This document shows, piece by piece, positions 10,429 to 18,627 of a stretch of DNA of 64,000 nucleotides. The DNA comes from Melioribacteraceae bacterium (GTDB lineage Bacteria > Bacteroidota > Ignavibacteria > Ignavibacteriales > Melioribacteraceae): contig DAOSDY010000004.1 of NCBI GenBank assembly GCA_035362835.1, positions 113,836 through 177,835 on the forward strand, read 5' to 3'. Both the position numbers and the translations under genes were made by a program. Under the pieces are notes generated by a model, which ran no database searches, was not told the DNA's origin, and worked only from the letters and a program-made list of their open reading frames with translations. The stretch's first letter is position 1; each line of letters opens with the position of its first letter.

Positions 10429-11764
10429 ACTGATTATTCCCGGACTTATTGTTTCCGTTAACAGTCGCGATGACCTTCTTTCCGGCTATGCCGTCGAAAT
10501 ATCCGACGGGGTAATAAATAAGATTGCACCGGTTAGTGAGTTTGATATAAACACGTTTGATGGGGAAGTATTTCGTTTCGATAATTTAACTTTGATCCCC
10601 GGTTTTGTTCAGACTCATATACATCTCTGTCAGACATTATTCAGGGGACTAGCAGATGATCTTGAATTACTCGACTGGCTTCAGAAAAAGATTTTCCCTT
10701 ACGAAAATTCTCACGATAAAAATTCGCTTAGGGCTTCGGTTAAACTCGGACTTAACGAATTGATCTCTGGCGGAACAACAACTATTGTAGACATGGGTAC
10801 TTTAAGGCATCAGGAAACAATTTTTGAAGAACTGATAAAATCCGGTATCCGTGCTTTTGCGGGTAAGTGTATGATCGATATAAATCAACTCTATCCGGAA
10901 TTTTATGAATCGACCCGTGAGGGAATCGATTCTTCTTTTCAGCTGGCAAAAGAATTTCACAATTCCTCGGATGGAAAGATTAAATATGCATTTGCGCCCC
11001 GGTTCGTTTTGTCATCTACGGAAAAGCAATTGCTCGAGACCAGGGAGATGATGAAGGATTTTGAAGGTTCATTTTTTCATACTCACGCTTCGGAAAATAA
11101 AAAAGAGCTAGAGATTGTAAAAAGAATGCACGGCAGGGCAAACGTCGATTATTTCGAATCGATCGGAATACTCGATGAACGGACCGTGCTGGCTCACTGT
11201 ATCCAGCTTGAAAATAATGAGTTTAACTCGTTGAAAAGGAATAGCGTTAGAGTTGCACATTGTCCTTCTTCAAATCTCAAACTGGGCTCCGGAATTGCGG
11301 ATATTCCGCGAATGCTTAAAGAAGGCATATCCGTTTCACTTGGCGCTGACGGTGCCCCCTGTAATAATTCCCTCAGCATCTTTAAGGAGATGCATCTTTC
11401 GGCAATGATTCAGAAGCCGGTTCATGGACCGACTTCTATGGATGCAAAAACGGTCTTTAAACTCGCAACTATAGACGGGGCCAGGGCGCTTCATCTTGAA
11501 AATGAAATCGGAAGTATTGAAGTAGGTAAAAAAGCCGACCTCGCACTGCTCGATCTCGATAGACCGGACCAGCCATTGAATCAGGACCTCGATTCGGTCT
11601 ATTCCAGGATTGTCTATTCATCTAATGCTGATTGTGTAAAAATGGTATTTATCGACGGACAAATAGCTGCACAGGATGGTTTATGTCTGGATTATGAAAA
11701 AGAAAAATTAATTAGAGATGGTAAACAGGAGCTGCAAAAACTTATTGAAAGAGTATTATCATAA
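10406..11764 (+). CDS. Amidohydrolase-superfamily nucleobase/nucleoside deaminase (MtaD / guanine-deaminase-like clade)
   Basis: HIHLCQTLFRG metal motif, HASE, HC and SLGADG motifs. ATG 10406 (MKKRKTSK...) is preferred over 10376 because it shortens the overlap with the upstream gene. Confidence 0.8.
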   Translation: MKKRKTSKLIIPGLIVSVNSRDDLLSGYAVEISDGVINKIAPVSEFDINTFDGEVFRFDNLTLIPGFVQTHIHLCQTLFRGLADDLELLDWLQKKIFPYENSHDKNSLRASVKLGLNELISGGTTTIVDMGTLRHQETIFEELIKSGIRAFAGKCMIDINQLYPEFYESTREGIDSSFQLAKEFHNSSDGKIKYAFAPRFVLSSTEKQLLETREMMKDFEGSFFHTHASENKKELEIVKRMHGRANVDYFESIGILDERTVLAHCIQLENNEFNSLKRNSVRVAHCPSSNLKLGSGIADIPRMLKEGISVSLGADGAPCNNSLSIFKEMHLSAMIQKPVHGPTSMDAKTVFKLATIDGARALHLENEIGSIEVGKKADLALLDLDRPDQPLNQDLDSVYSRIVYSSNADCVKMVFIDGQIAAQDGLCLDYEKEKLIRDGKQELQKLIERVLS

Positions 11765-11781
11765 CAAATCGCGGTGCTTAA

Positions 11782-12369
11782 TTGAAAATTATTTTTGCAA
11801 GTCAGAATCAGGGTAAAGTAAAAGAAGTAAAATCAATCTTTAATAATTCCCGGTTTGAAATAATCTCTCTTTACGATCTAGGAAATAATATTGATGTAGA
11901 GGAAACTGGTGAAACTTTCGCTGAAAATGCCTGGCTGAAAGCTGAAGCAGTCTATAAAATTTATAATGAACCGACTTTCGCAGACGATTCTGGATTGATG
12001 GTAGAACAGCTGGATGGAAGACCGGGTGTTATTTCAGCCCGATATGCGGGGGAAAACTGCACCTTTGCCGATAATAATTTGAAAGTGATAAAAGAATTAA
12101 GCTCCTTCCCGGAACCGCATAAAGCTAAATTCATTAGTCACGCTGTTTTTTATGACGGCTTAAATAGAATTGATGCGGTTGGTGAACTGCACGGCATCGT
12201 TATTAAAGAGGAGAGAGGTACAGCCGGATTTGGATACGACCCGATATTTATTCCTGATGGTTACGAACAGACAATCAGCCAGCTCGATTTTGAACTTAAA
12301 AATAAAATTAGTCACCGCGCCGGATCTTTTAAAAAACTGAAGGAAAGTCTTATAAAAAAATTCTTCTGA
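11782..12369 (+). CDS. rdgB: Non-canonical purine NTP pyrophosphatase (RdgB/HAM1 family)
   Basis: MKIIFASQNQGKVKE N-terminus, FADDSGL, GFGYDPIF and SHRA motifs. TTG start. Confidence 0.9.
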   Translation: MKIIFASQNQGKVKEVKSIFNNSRFEIISLYDLGNNIDVEETGETFAENAWLKAEAVYKIYNEPTFADDSGLMVEQLDGRPGVISARYAGENCTFADNNLKVIKELSSFPEPHKAKFISHAVFYDGLNRIDAVGELHGIVIKEERGTAGFGYDPIFIPDGYEQTISQLDFELKNKISHRAGSFKKLKESLIKKFF

Positions 12370-13062
12370 TCATTTCTGTCCGATTACAACCTGGACTAGT
12401 CCGAAGGTCAATGAATGCTTTTCTGCTCTTGAAAATCCGCTCCGGTTCAGTATTTCAATTAAATCAATCTTCTTATCGAATTCGCCGACCGATTCCGGCA
12501 GGTAAGTGTATGCTTCCCGGTCCTTTGAAATAATCCTTCCTAGGAAAGGAAGTATCCTGTTGAAATAAAAAAGATATAATTTTTTTATGAGTCTGTTGGA
12601 AGGGAGCCGGAATTCCAGAATAGTCGCTTTCCCGCCTGGTTTTAAAACCCTGTGGAAAGAATTAAAACCTTCCTGAATATCATAAAAATTTCTGACACCG
12701 AAAGCCACAGTTATATTCGTAAAAGATTCCGGTTTGAAAGGGAGGTATTCTGCAACGCATTGTATCTTTTTCCCTTTTATCCATTCAGCTTTCTTTTCAA
12801 ACAAACGGAGCATATTAAAAGATAAATCTGCACCGAAAATCTTCCTGATCCCGGATTTCCGAGCAGCAATAGAAAAATCCCCTGTACCGCATGCTAAATC
12901 CAGTAATATAGAATCCGGATTCATTCCGGTGTAGCTGATTGCCATTTTACGCCAGTAAAAATCGATCCCCAGACTCAGGAAATGATTAAGAAAATCATAT
13001 CTGTGAGAAATAGAATCGAAAATTCTTTTTACTTTCTCTTTTTTATTCTCTGTTTCTTCCAT
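12370..13062 (-). CDS. menG: Demethylmenaquinone / ubiquinone C-methyltransferase
   Basis: YDFLNHFLSLGIDFYWRK and the SAM motif LDLACGTGD are typical of UbiE/MenG. Its stop abuts the rdgB stop with zero spacing. Confidence 0.9.
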   Translation of the reverse strand: MEETENKKEKVKRIFDSISHRYDFLNHFLSLGIDFYWRKMAISYTGMNPDSILLDLACGTGDFSIAARKSGIRKIFGADLSFNMLRLFEKKAEWIKGKKIQCVAEYLPFKPESFTNITVAFGVRNFYDIQEGFNSFHRVLKPGGKATILEFRLPSNRLIKKLYLFYFNRILPFLGRIISKDREAYTYLPESVGEFDKKIDLIEILNRSGFSRAEKHSLTFGLVQVVIGQK

Positions 13063-13111
13063 ATTTGTCTTTTAATTACTACTTTTTTAGTGTCAATTTA
13101 CGGAAATCAAA

Positions 13112-13438
13112 ATGGATAAATATTTAAAAGCTATAAAACATAATGTCTGTGCAATCTGTGTCGATTCTAATGAAAAAGGTGGATGCACATTAAACAAGGA
13201 TGAAGTCTGCGCAGTTGAATTGTATTTGCCCAGAATTATTGACCTCGTTCACAACAATGATAATGCTGAACTGACAAAAATATATAAAAATCTTAGAGAA
13301 ACTGTCTGTATCGAATGCAATGCCCAGAACGAGGAGGGCTTTTGCTACCTTCGCGAAGATGCAAACTGTTCACTCGACAGGTATTTCTATTTAATTGTCG
13401 AAACTATTCAGAAAGTTGACGCTGGATTACTGACCTGA
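13112..13438 (+). CDS. Hypothetical cysteine-rich protein made of two tandem C-x2-C-x8-C-x7-C modules
   Basis: Residues 12-46 and 65-99 align with 12 of 35 identities and identical Cys spacing. Divergent from menG. No family recognised. Confidence 0.6.
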   Translation: MDKYLKAIKHNVCAICVDSNEKGGCTLNKDEVCAVELYLPRIIDLVHNNDNAELTKIYKNLRETVCIECNAQNEEGFCYLREDANCSLDRYFYLIVETIQKVDAGLLT

Positions 13439-14340
13439 TTCCACCATCTGTGAATATTCCGACCGCTCCACAATGTAAAAAACATAAACAGTGCGCCTGC
13501 AATAAGGTCCACTACATAATGGTACCTTAAATAAACAGTCGCAAATATTAAAAGCGTTCCATTTATCAGAAAAAAATATCTTAAGCGGCTTCCGAATTTT
13601 ACCGAGAGTATCATTACAAGCAGCGTCATTTGAGTATGACCGCTCGGAAAGACGTCGCGCTGAACTATCTCAGCCGGATTAATAGTGCCGGATGGTATCG
13701 ACTCGCCGGTATTAACTACTTCCCGTAAAAAATCTGTTAAAAAAAGTCCGGGCATTTCAATGTTATTTGTTTCAAAAACATGTAAAGTAAATCTCGGCCC
13801 TATTGCAGGAACCAGCAGATAACCGATGTAAGAAAGTGTAAATCCATATACTATTATGAATGCTCCGTAATCGAGTTCCTTCCATTTACCCTGAAGTATC
13901 ATATCTGCGGCTAAAATCACAGGCAAAAAGAAAAATGTGCCGTAAACTATCTGAAGAAGTTCGGTGAGCATTGGATTTGCGATTTTATATAACTCAACAG
14001 TCGGATCTGCTCCGAATATGAATCTGTCTATTTTAATTAATACGTCATCGTAGATAATTCCGCGTATCGGATCGACCATAAAATATAGTTCTTTGAAAAA
14101 AATAAAGATGAGAGGGATCAGGTACCAGTAGTGAACCTGCTTCCAGATTCCTCCTTTTTTACTTTTAAATGAAAGATAAAATGCAGTTGTTATTACTATA
14201 ATGTTCATCGTTAGATTTAAATACCAGTACTCAATTCTACCGATAAAAATGATATTGATAACAGAAAGGAAGACAGAAAATACAATTACGGTTAAATCAG
14301 TCGTGTTCAGGTTCAAAAAAAAAGATCTGATCCGTTCCAT
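13408..14340 (-). CDS. PAP2-superfamily membrane phosphotransferase, sphingomyelin-synthase / IPC-synthase-like
   Basis: Polytopic membrane protein. D-x3-SGHT (DVFPSGHT) and HY-x2-D (RYHYVVDLIAG) match the D3/D4 motifs of the SMS/AUR1 branch rather than the classical KxxxxxxRP PAP2 motif. Confidence 0.75.
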   Translation of the reverse strand: MERIRSFFLNLNTTDLTVIVFSVFLSVINIIFIGRIEYWYLNLTMNIIVITTAFYLSFKSKKGGIWKQVHYWYLIPLIFIFFKELYFMVDPIRGIIYDDVLIKIDRFIFGADPTVELYKIANPMLTELLQIVYGTFFFLPVILAADMILQGKWKELDYGAFIIVYGFTLSYIGYLLVPAIGPRFTLHVFETNNIEMPGLFLTDFLREVVNTGESIPSGTINPAEIVQRDVFPSGHTQMTLLVMILSVKFGSRLRYFFLINGTLLIFATVYLRYHYVVDLIAGALFMFFTLWSGRNIHRWWNQVSNPASTF

Positions 14341-14342
14341 TA

Positions 14343-15719
14343 TTATAGAAATGCAAATGTTATTATCGAAAGGTAAATGGTTAATCCGAATATGTCGTTC
14401 ATCGTTGCAACAAAAGGACCCGTGGCTACTGCGGGGTCCGCACCGAATCTTTTTAGCATAAGGGGAATTGTAGCACCCATCACCGTAGCGAAAATCATTA
14501 TTACGAGCAATGAAATCGAAAGTACAATCGAGAATTTGAACTCAGCGTTAAAAAGGTAATGTGTGGCGATTATCAGAATTACTCCGCATACAATCCCATT
14601 GAATAAACCGACCAGAAATTCCTTAAGAATTTTTTTATAACTTGTTTTGAACCAAACATCGTGCTCTGTTAATCTGCGTACCATAACGATTGCGGCCTGC
14701 GTGCCGGAGCTCCCTCCCATAGCCATTACTACAGGAATGAAAAAGCTGGCTATAAGAATCTTTTCAATTGAAGCCTGGAAAGAGGAGAGGACTACAGCAC
14801 TTATCATCTCTCCAAACAATGCTACAAATAACCATGGGAGTCTAATGCGGGATATAGTGAATGAACTGTCGCTTATCTCTTCCTCTTCGGACAGACCTGC
14901 AAATTTCTGAATATCCTCCCCGGCTTCTTCATCAATAACGTCAACAATGTCATCTATCGTTATACGTCCCAGTATTATTCCGTTGTCGTCAACAACCGGT
15001 ACGGATACAAGGTCGTACTTCTTCATCAGGTTTGCAACCTTTTCCTGGTCGTCATCCGGATGAACTGTAATAAGATCTTCCTCAAGAATAGTCGAAACTT
15101 TTGTATCGAGAGGGTGAAGCAGAAGGGATTTGAGCAGAATGAATCCCGTTAATTCCTCGTTCTGTTTTGTTACGTAGATGTAATATATATGATCAATTAT
15201 ATCTGCCTTCTTCCGGACTTGTTCAATAGCATCAGCGATCGTAGCATCTTCGAGTACGTGAATAAAATCGCTCGTCATAATACCGCCGGCAGAATCCTCG
15301 GGGTATTTGAGAAGCTCTTTTACGTCTTCTGACGATTCCGGTTCAATATATTCAAGAACCTGTTCGGCTATCTGTTCCGGTAATTCGCTTACAATATCGG
15401 TAGCATCATCCGTATCGAGTTCGTCAACTATATCTGCGATTTTTTCCGCGTCTACTTCTTCAAGAATTTTTTCGCGCAGGTTCTCGTCAAGCTCAATAAT
15501 TACTTCGCTGGCGGTTTCAGTGTCGAGAATATTGAAAAGGTAACGGGCTTTCTCTTTATCCAGGTGGTTTATTATTTCGGCAATATCTGCGGGATGGATA
15601 TCGGTAAAAATTGAAAGCAGGCTCTGTGCCGCTTCTTCTTCAATCAGTACTTTTATATTATCTATTATCTCAGGATCTTCCTCTAGAAGGTCATGAAGAC
15701 TTCTTAATTCTTCTGCCAT
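14343..15719 (-). CDS. mgtE: Magnesium transporter MgtE
   Basis: Acidic N-domain, CBS pair and a C-terminal 5-TM domain with GDIFGL-type motifs (MNDIFGLTIY). Confidence 0.93.
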   Translation of the reverse strand: MAEELRSLHDLLEEDPEIIDNIKVLIEEEAAQSLLSIFTDIHPADIAEIINHLDKEKARYLFNILDTETASEVIIELDENLREKILEEVDAEKIADIVDELDTDDATDIVSELPEQIAEQVLEYIEPESSEDVKELLKYPEDSAGGIMTSDFIHVLEDATIADAIEQVRKKADIIDHIYYIYVTKQNEELTGFILLKSLLLHPLDTKVSTILEEDLITVHPDDDQEKVANLMKKYDLVSVPVVDDNGIILGRITIDDIVDVIDEEAGEDIQKFAGLSEEEEISDSSFTISRIRLPWLFVALFGEMISAVVLSSFQASIEKILIASFFIPVVMAMGGSSGTQAAIVMVRRLTEHDVWFKTSYKKILKEFLVGLFNGIVCGVILIIATHYLFNAEFKFSIVLSISLLVIMIFATVMGATIPLMLKRFGADPAVATGPFVATMNDIFGLTIYLSIITFAFL

Positions 15720-16498
15720 CCGGTTTCCTTAATTAATCTTGTAAGTGTTATAAAATCCTGGATTGATAATTCTTCAGCGCGACGCGATAGTGAGAATTGC
15801 CCGCTATCAATATTAACGCCCTTAAATATACTATTACTTAACGAATTTTTTAATGTTTTTCTTCTGTTCCCGAACGATGCTTTTACAACCTGAATGAAAT
15901 CCTCGTCGTCAATTGTATCGTCGGTCCCTTTCGAAAAATTTATTTGCACTATTGCCGACCAGACTTTCGGTTTCGGGTAGAATACATTGGGTGAAATTTT
16001 AAAGCAGATTTTTGTTTCGGTAAAATAACCGAGCAGAACGCTCAGTATTCCGTAGTCTTTTGAACCTCGCCCGGAGGTCATCCTTTGTGCCACTTCAAGT
16101 TGAACCATCAATAACGCATCGGATATTATCCTGCGGTTTCTTATCAGCTTGAATAATATAGAAGAGGTTATGTTGTAGGGAATATTCCCAATTACTCTAA
16201 GAACCTTATCGTTCTGCTTGAGATTATTAATGTCAATATCAAGGAAATCACCGCTTATAATTTTCAATCCGGGGTATTCCTGCCTAAGATCTTCAATTAC
16301 TCGTGTATCTATTTCTACGACGGTGAAAGGGCCGGTTTTTTCATAAAGTAATTTTGTTAGAGAACCTGTTCCGGGCCCTATTTCCACAATACATTCCTCC
16401 CGGGAAGGATTGAATGAATCTATGATCTTGTGGACTATATTATTATCGGTTAAATAATTTTGTCCGAATTTTTTAAGAGGTTTTACTCTGCCCGGCAT
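15704..16498 (-). CDS. rsmA: 16S rRNA (adenine1518/1519-N6)-dimethyltransferase
   Basis: KKFGQNYLTD, EIGPGTGSLT and GNIPYNITS motifs. 16-nt overlap with mgtE. Confidence 0.93.
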   Translation of the reverse strand: MPGRVKPLKKFGQNYLTDNNIVHKIIDSFNPSREECIVEIGPGTGSLTKLLYEKTGPFTVVEIDTRVIEDLRQEYPGLKIISGDFLDIDINNLKQNDKVLRVIGNIPYNITSSILFKLIRNRRIISDALLMVQLEVAQRMTSGRGSKDYGILSVLLGYFTETKICFKISPNVFYPKPKVWSAIVQINFSKGTDDTIDDEDFIQVVKASFGNRRKTLKNSLSNSIFKGVNIDSGQFSLSRRAEELSIQDFITLTRLIKETGWQKN

Positions 16499-16598
16499 AT
16501 TTACTGCTTTACAGTTTGGAGATTTCTTTAACGCAATATAAGGTTTACCTCTCTAATATTATTTATATTTCATCAGACAATTGAAATAAAATTATATC

Positions 16599-17690
16599 AT
16601 GTTTGAGTTGATCTTTTTAACTGGTCTTTCATTCTACTTTATCGAGATTCTTATTTTCACAATCGGAGCGGGGATCAGGTTCGGGAAAATTGATGATATA
16701 GACCTTCCGCCGATATCCGTGATTGTTGCCGCCAGGAATGAAGAGGAGAATATTCTCGATTGCCTCTCCTCCCTCCAAAACCTGATCTACCCTGAAGAAA
16801 AAATAGAAATCATAATCGTCAATGATCATTCAACAGACCGCACGGGAGAAATTATTGAATCGTTTATTTCGGAAAAAAAACGCTTCCGGCTTATTACTCC
16901 GTCAGAATCGATCGGACATCTCAAAGGGAAAACAAATGCTCTGGCCAATGCCGTAAAAATTTCTAACGGTGAGATTATACTAACTACCGATGCCGATTGT
17001 AAGGTGAACCCCAAATGGGCTCTTACGCTCGCATCATACTTTAAACCGGACGTCGGCTTTGTTGGCGGTTATACTACTCAAGGAGATGCAACCCCGTTTT
17101 TCGGGATGCAGGCAATCGATTTTATCTACCTTCTTACTGTGGCTGCAGGTTCTATCAATCTTAAGAAACCTCTCAGCTGCATCGGCAATAATATGTCGTA
17201 TAGAAAGTCTGCCTATCTTGAAGTCGGCGGCTATGAGAATTTGAAATTCTCCGTAACAGAGGATTTTAATTTACTCATGGCAATTCACCATCTTAAGAAA
17301 TACAAAATCATTTATCCGCTGGATAAAGGGGGACTTGTCACATCAAAACCTTGCCCAGATTTAAAATCACTTTTCTGGCAGAAGAAGAGATGGGGTGTTG
17401 GTGGAATTGAAAGCGATTTTATTGGCTACATGGTTATGGTATGGGGATATATTTCAAATCTTGGACTATTATTAACACCTTTCTTTTTCACTACTACGGC
17501 TTTATATTTGTGCCTCTTAAAATTATGTATCGACTATTTTTTTGTTTTACCGGTCTTTAATAAACTTGGCTTGAAAATAAAGGTTCTTCACTTTTTTGCA
17601 TTTGAGATTTATTTCATTCTTTATGTGATTCTTCTTCCGTTTATTGTCCTGCCGGACAGGAAGGTAAAATGGAAAGGAAGGGAATTTTAA
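16599..17690 (+). CDS. Membrane-embedded family 2 glycosyltransferase with processive-synthase / ceramide-glucosyltransferase-like signature
   Basis: N-terminal TM helix, then VNDHSTD, TTDADC, VTEDFN (TED) and QKKRW (QxxRW), then 3-4 C-terminal TM helices. Confidence 0.85.
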   Translation: MFELIFLTGLSFYFIEILIFTIGAGIRFGKIDDIDLPPISVIVAARNEEENILDCLSSLQNLIYPEEKIEIIIVNDHSTDRTGEIIESFISEKKRFRLITPSESIGHLKGKTNALANAVKISNGEIILTTDADCKVNPKWALTLASYFKPDVGFVGGYTTQGDATPFFGMQAIDFIYLLTVAAGSINLKKPLSCIGNNMSYRKSAYLEVGGYENLKFSVTEDFNLLMAIHHLKKYKIIYPLDKGGLVTSKPCPDLKSLFWQKKRWGVGGIESDFIGYMVMVWGYISNLGLLLTPFFFTTTALYLCLLKLCIDYFFVLPVFNKLGLKIKVLHFFAFEIYFILYVILLPFIVLPDRKVKWKGREF

Positions 17691-17803
17691 CCCGGTTTTA
17701 ATTTATCTTTTATAAAAATTTTTTTTAATGAGGTCTAAACGCTTTACTACAAATAAATTGTATGATCTTTAAAATCCCGAACAAATGGTTTGCAGAACGT
17801 TAT

Positions 17804-18625
17804 ATGAAAAAAAGTATTCTAATTTTCCTCTTTCTCGCTAATGTAATCAATTCGCAAAGTACCGAGCTTTTCCCGGGAAGTATTAACATCCAGCCGTTTT
17901 CCGCAAATACTCTGGAGCCGAGATTGGGTTTTTTGTTTCATTTTTCTAAAAATGAACTGCGGCTTGATATCGGTAATTCAATCGATATTTATCATTATAG
18001 AATAAATGATAGCGAGAAACTCTCTATAGGTGCGGATCTTTTTACCTATACATTGCTGAGAGGGGAGAAGGATTTTCATTTCCCTGTTGATGCTGTCGAT
18101 TACCTGTTCGGTATTAATGCAGGTTATAAAAAATCTGAAGGTAACATTGAATACGGAGCCCGCGTTAGATTAAGTCATATTAGTGCTCATTTTGTTGATG
18201 GTCATTACGACGGAGTAAATCAGCAGTGGAGAGACGGGCTCAATCCTAGAGTCTATAGCCGGGAGTTTGTAGAACTGATGCCGTTTTATAAAATCAACTC
18301 ATTCAGAGCATATGCCGGATTTACTTATTTATTCCATGTTACACCTGAATTCATCGGCCGGACAAATTATCAATTAGGATTCGATTATTTTGCCCCAGGT
18401 TTGTTGGTAGAGAATCTAACACCATTTGCAGCATACGACATTAAACTAATTAATATAGGCACGTATTCCGCCAATCATTCATTCTCAGCCGGAATTAAAT
18501 TCGGCAAACCTGATTCGCGCGGTATTAGTCTCTATTTCCATTTTTACTCCGGTAAAAGTATACACGGGGAGTATTTCGATTTTCCTAAAGCCTATTCGGC
18601 TGTTGGCATTAATCTGGATCTCTGA
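17804..18625 (+). CDS. Hypothetical secreted / outer-membrane-type protein (beta-rich; resembles the DUF1207 pattern from memory)
   Basis: Signal peptide MKKSILIFLFLANVINSQS from ATG 17804. Alternating beta-strand-like pattern. RLSHISAHFVDGHY motif. Family assignment not verified. Confidence 0.55.
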   Translation: MKKSILIFLFLANVINSQSTELFPGSINIQPFSANTLEPRLGFLFHFSKNELRLDIGNSIDIYHYRINDSEKLSIGADLFTYTLLRGEKDFHFPVDAVDYLFGINAGYKKSEGNIEYGARVRLSHISAHFVDGHYDGVNQQWRDGLNPRVYSREFVELMPFYKINSFRAYAGFTYLFHVTPEFIGRTNYQLGFDYFAPGLLVENLTPFAAYDIKLINIGTYSANHSFSAGIKFGKPDSRGISLYFHFYSGKSIHGEYFDFPKAYSAVGINLDL

Positions 18626-18627
18626 TA

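Noticed and set aside
12367-12372. Zero-spacing convergent gene ends at rdgB/menG. Also a 4-nt 3' overlap at 54365-54368 and a 31-nt 3' overlap at 13408-13438.
   Set aside because: This is interesting as a sign of genome compaction. It is a common feature of small dense genomes and not evidence of a specific system, so it is noted only.
13139-13162. Possible zinc-binding anti-sigma (ZAS) motif in the Cys-rich protein (H-N-V-C-A-I-C).
   Set aside because: The spacing is H-x2-C-x2-C, not the ZAS H-x3-C-x2-C. No sigma factor gene is adjacent and there is no TM segment.
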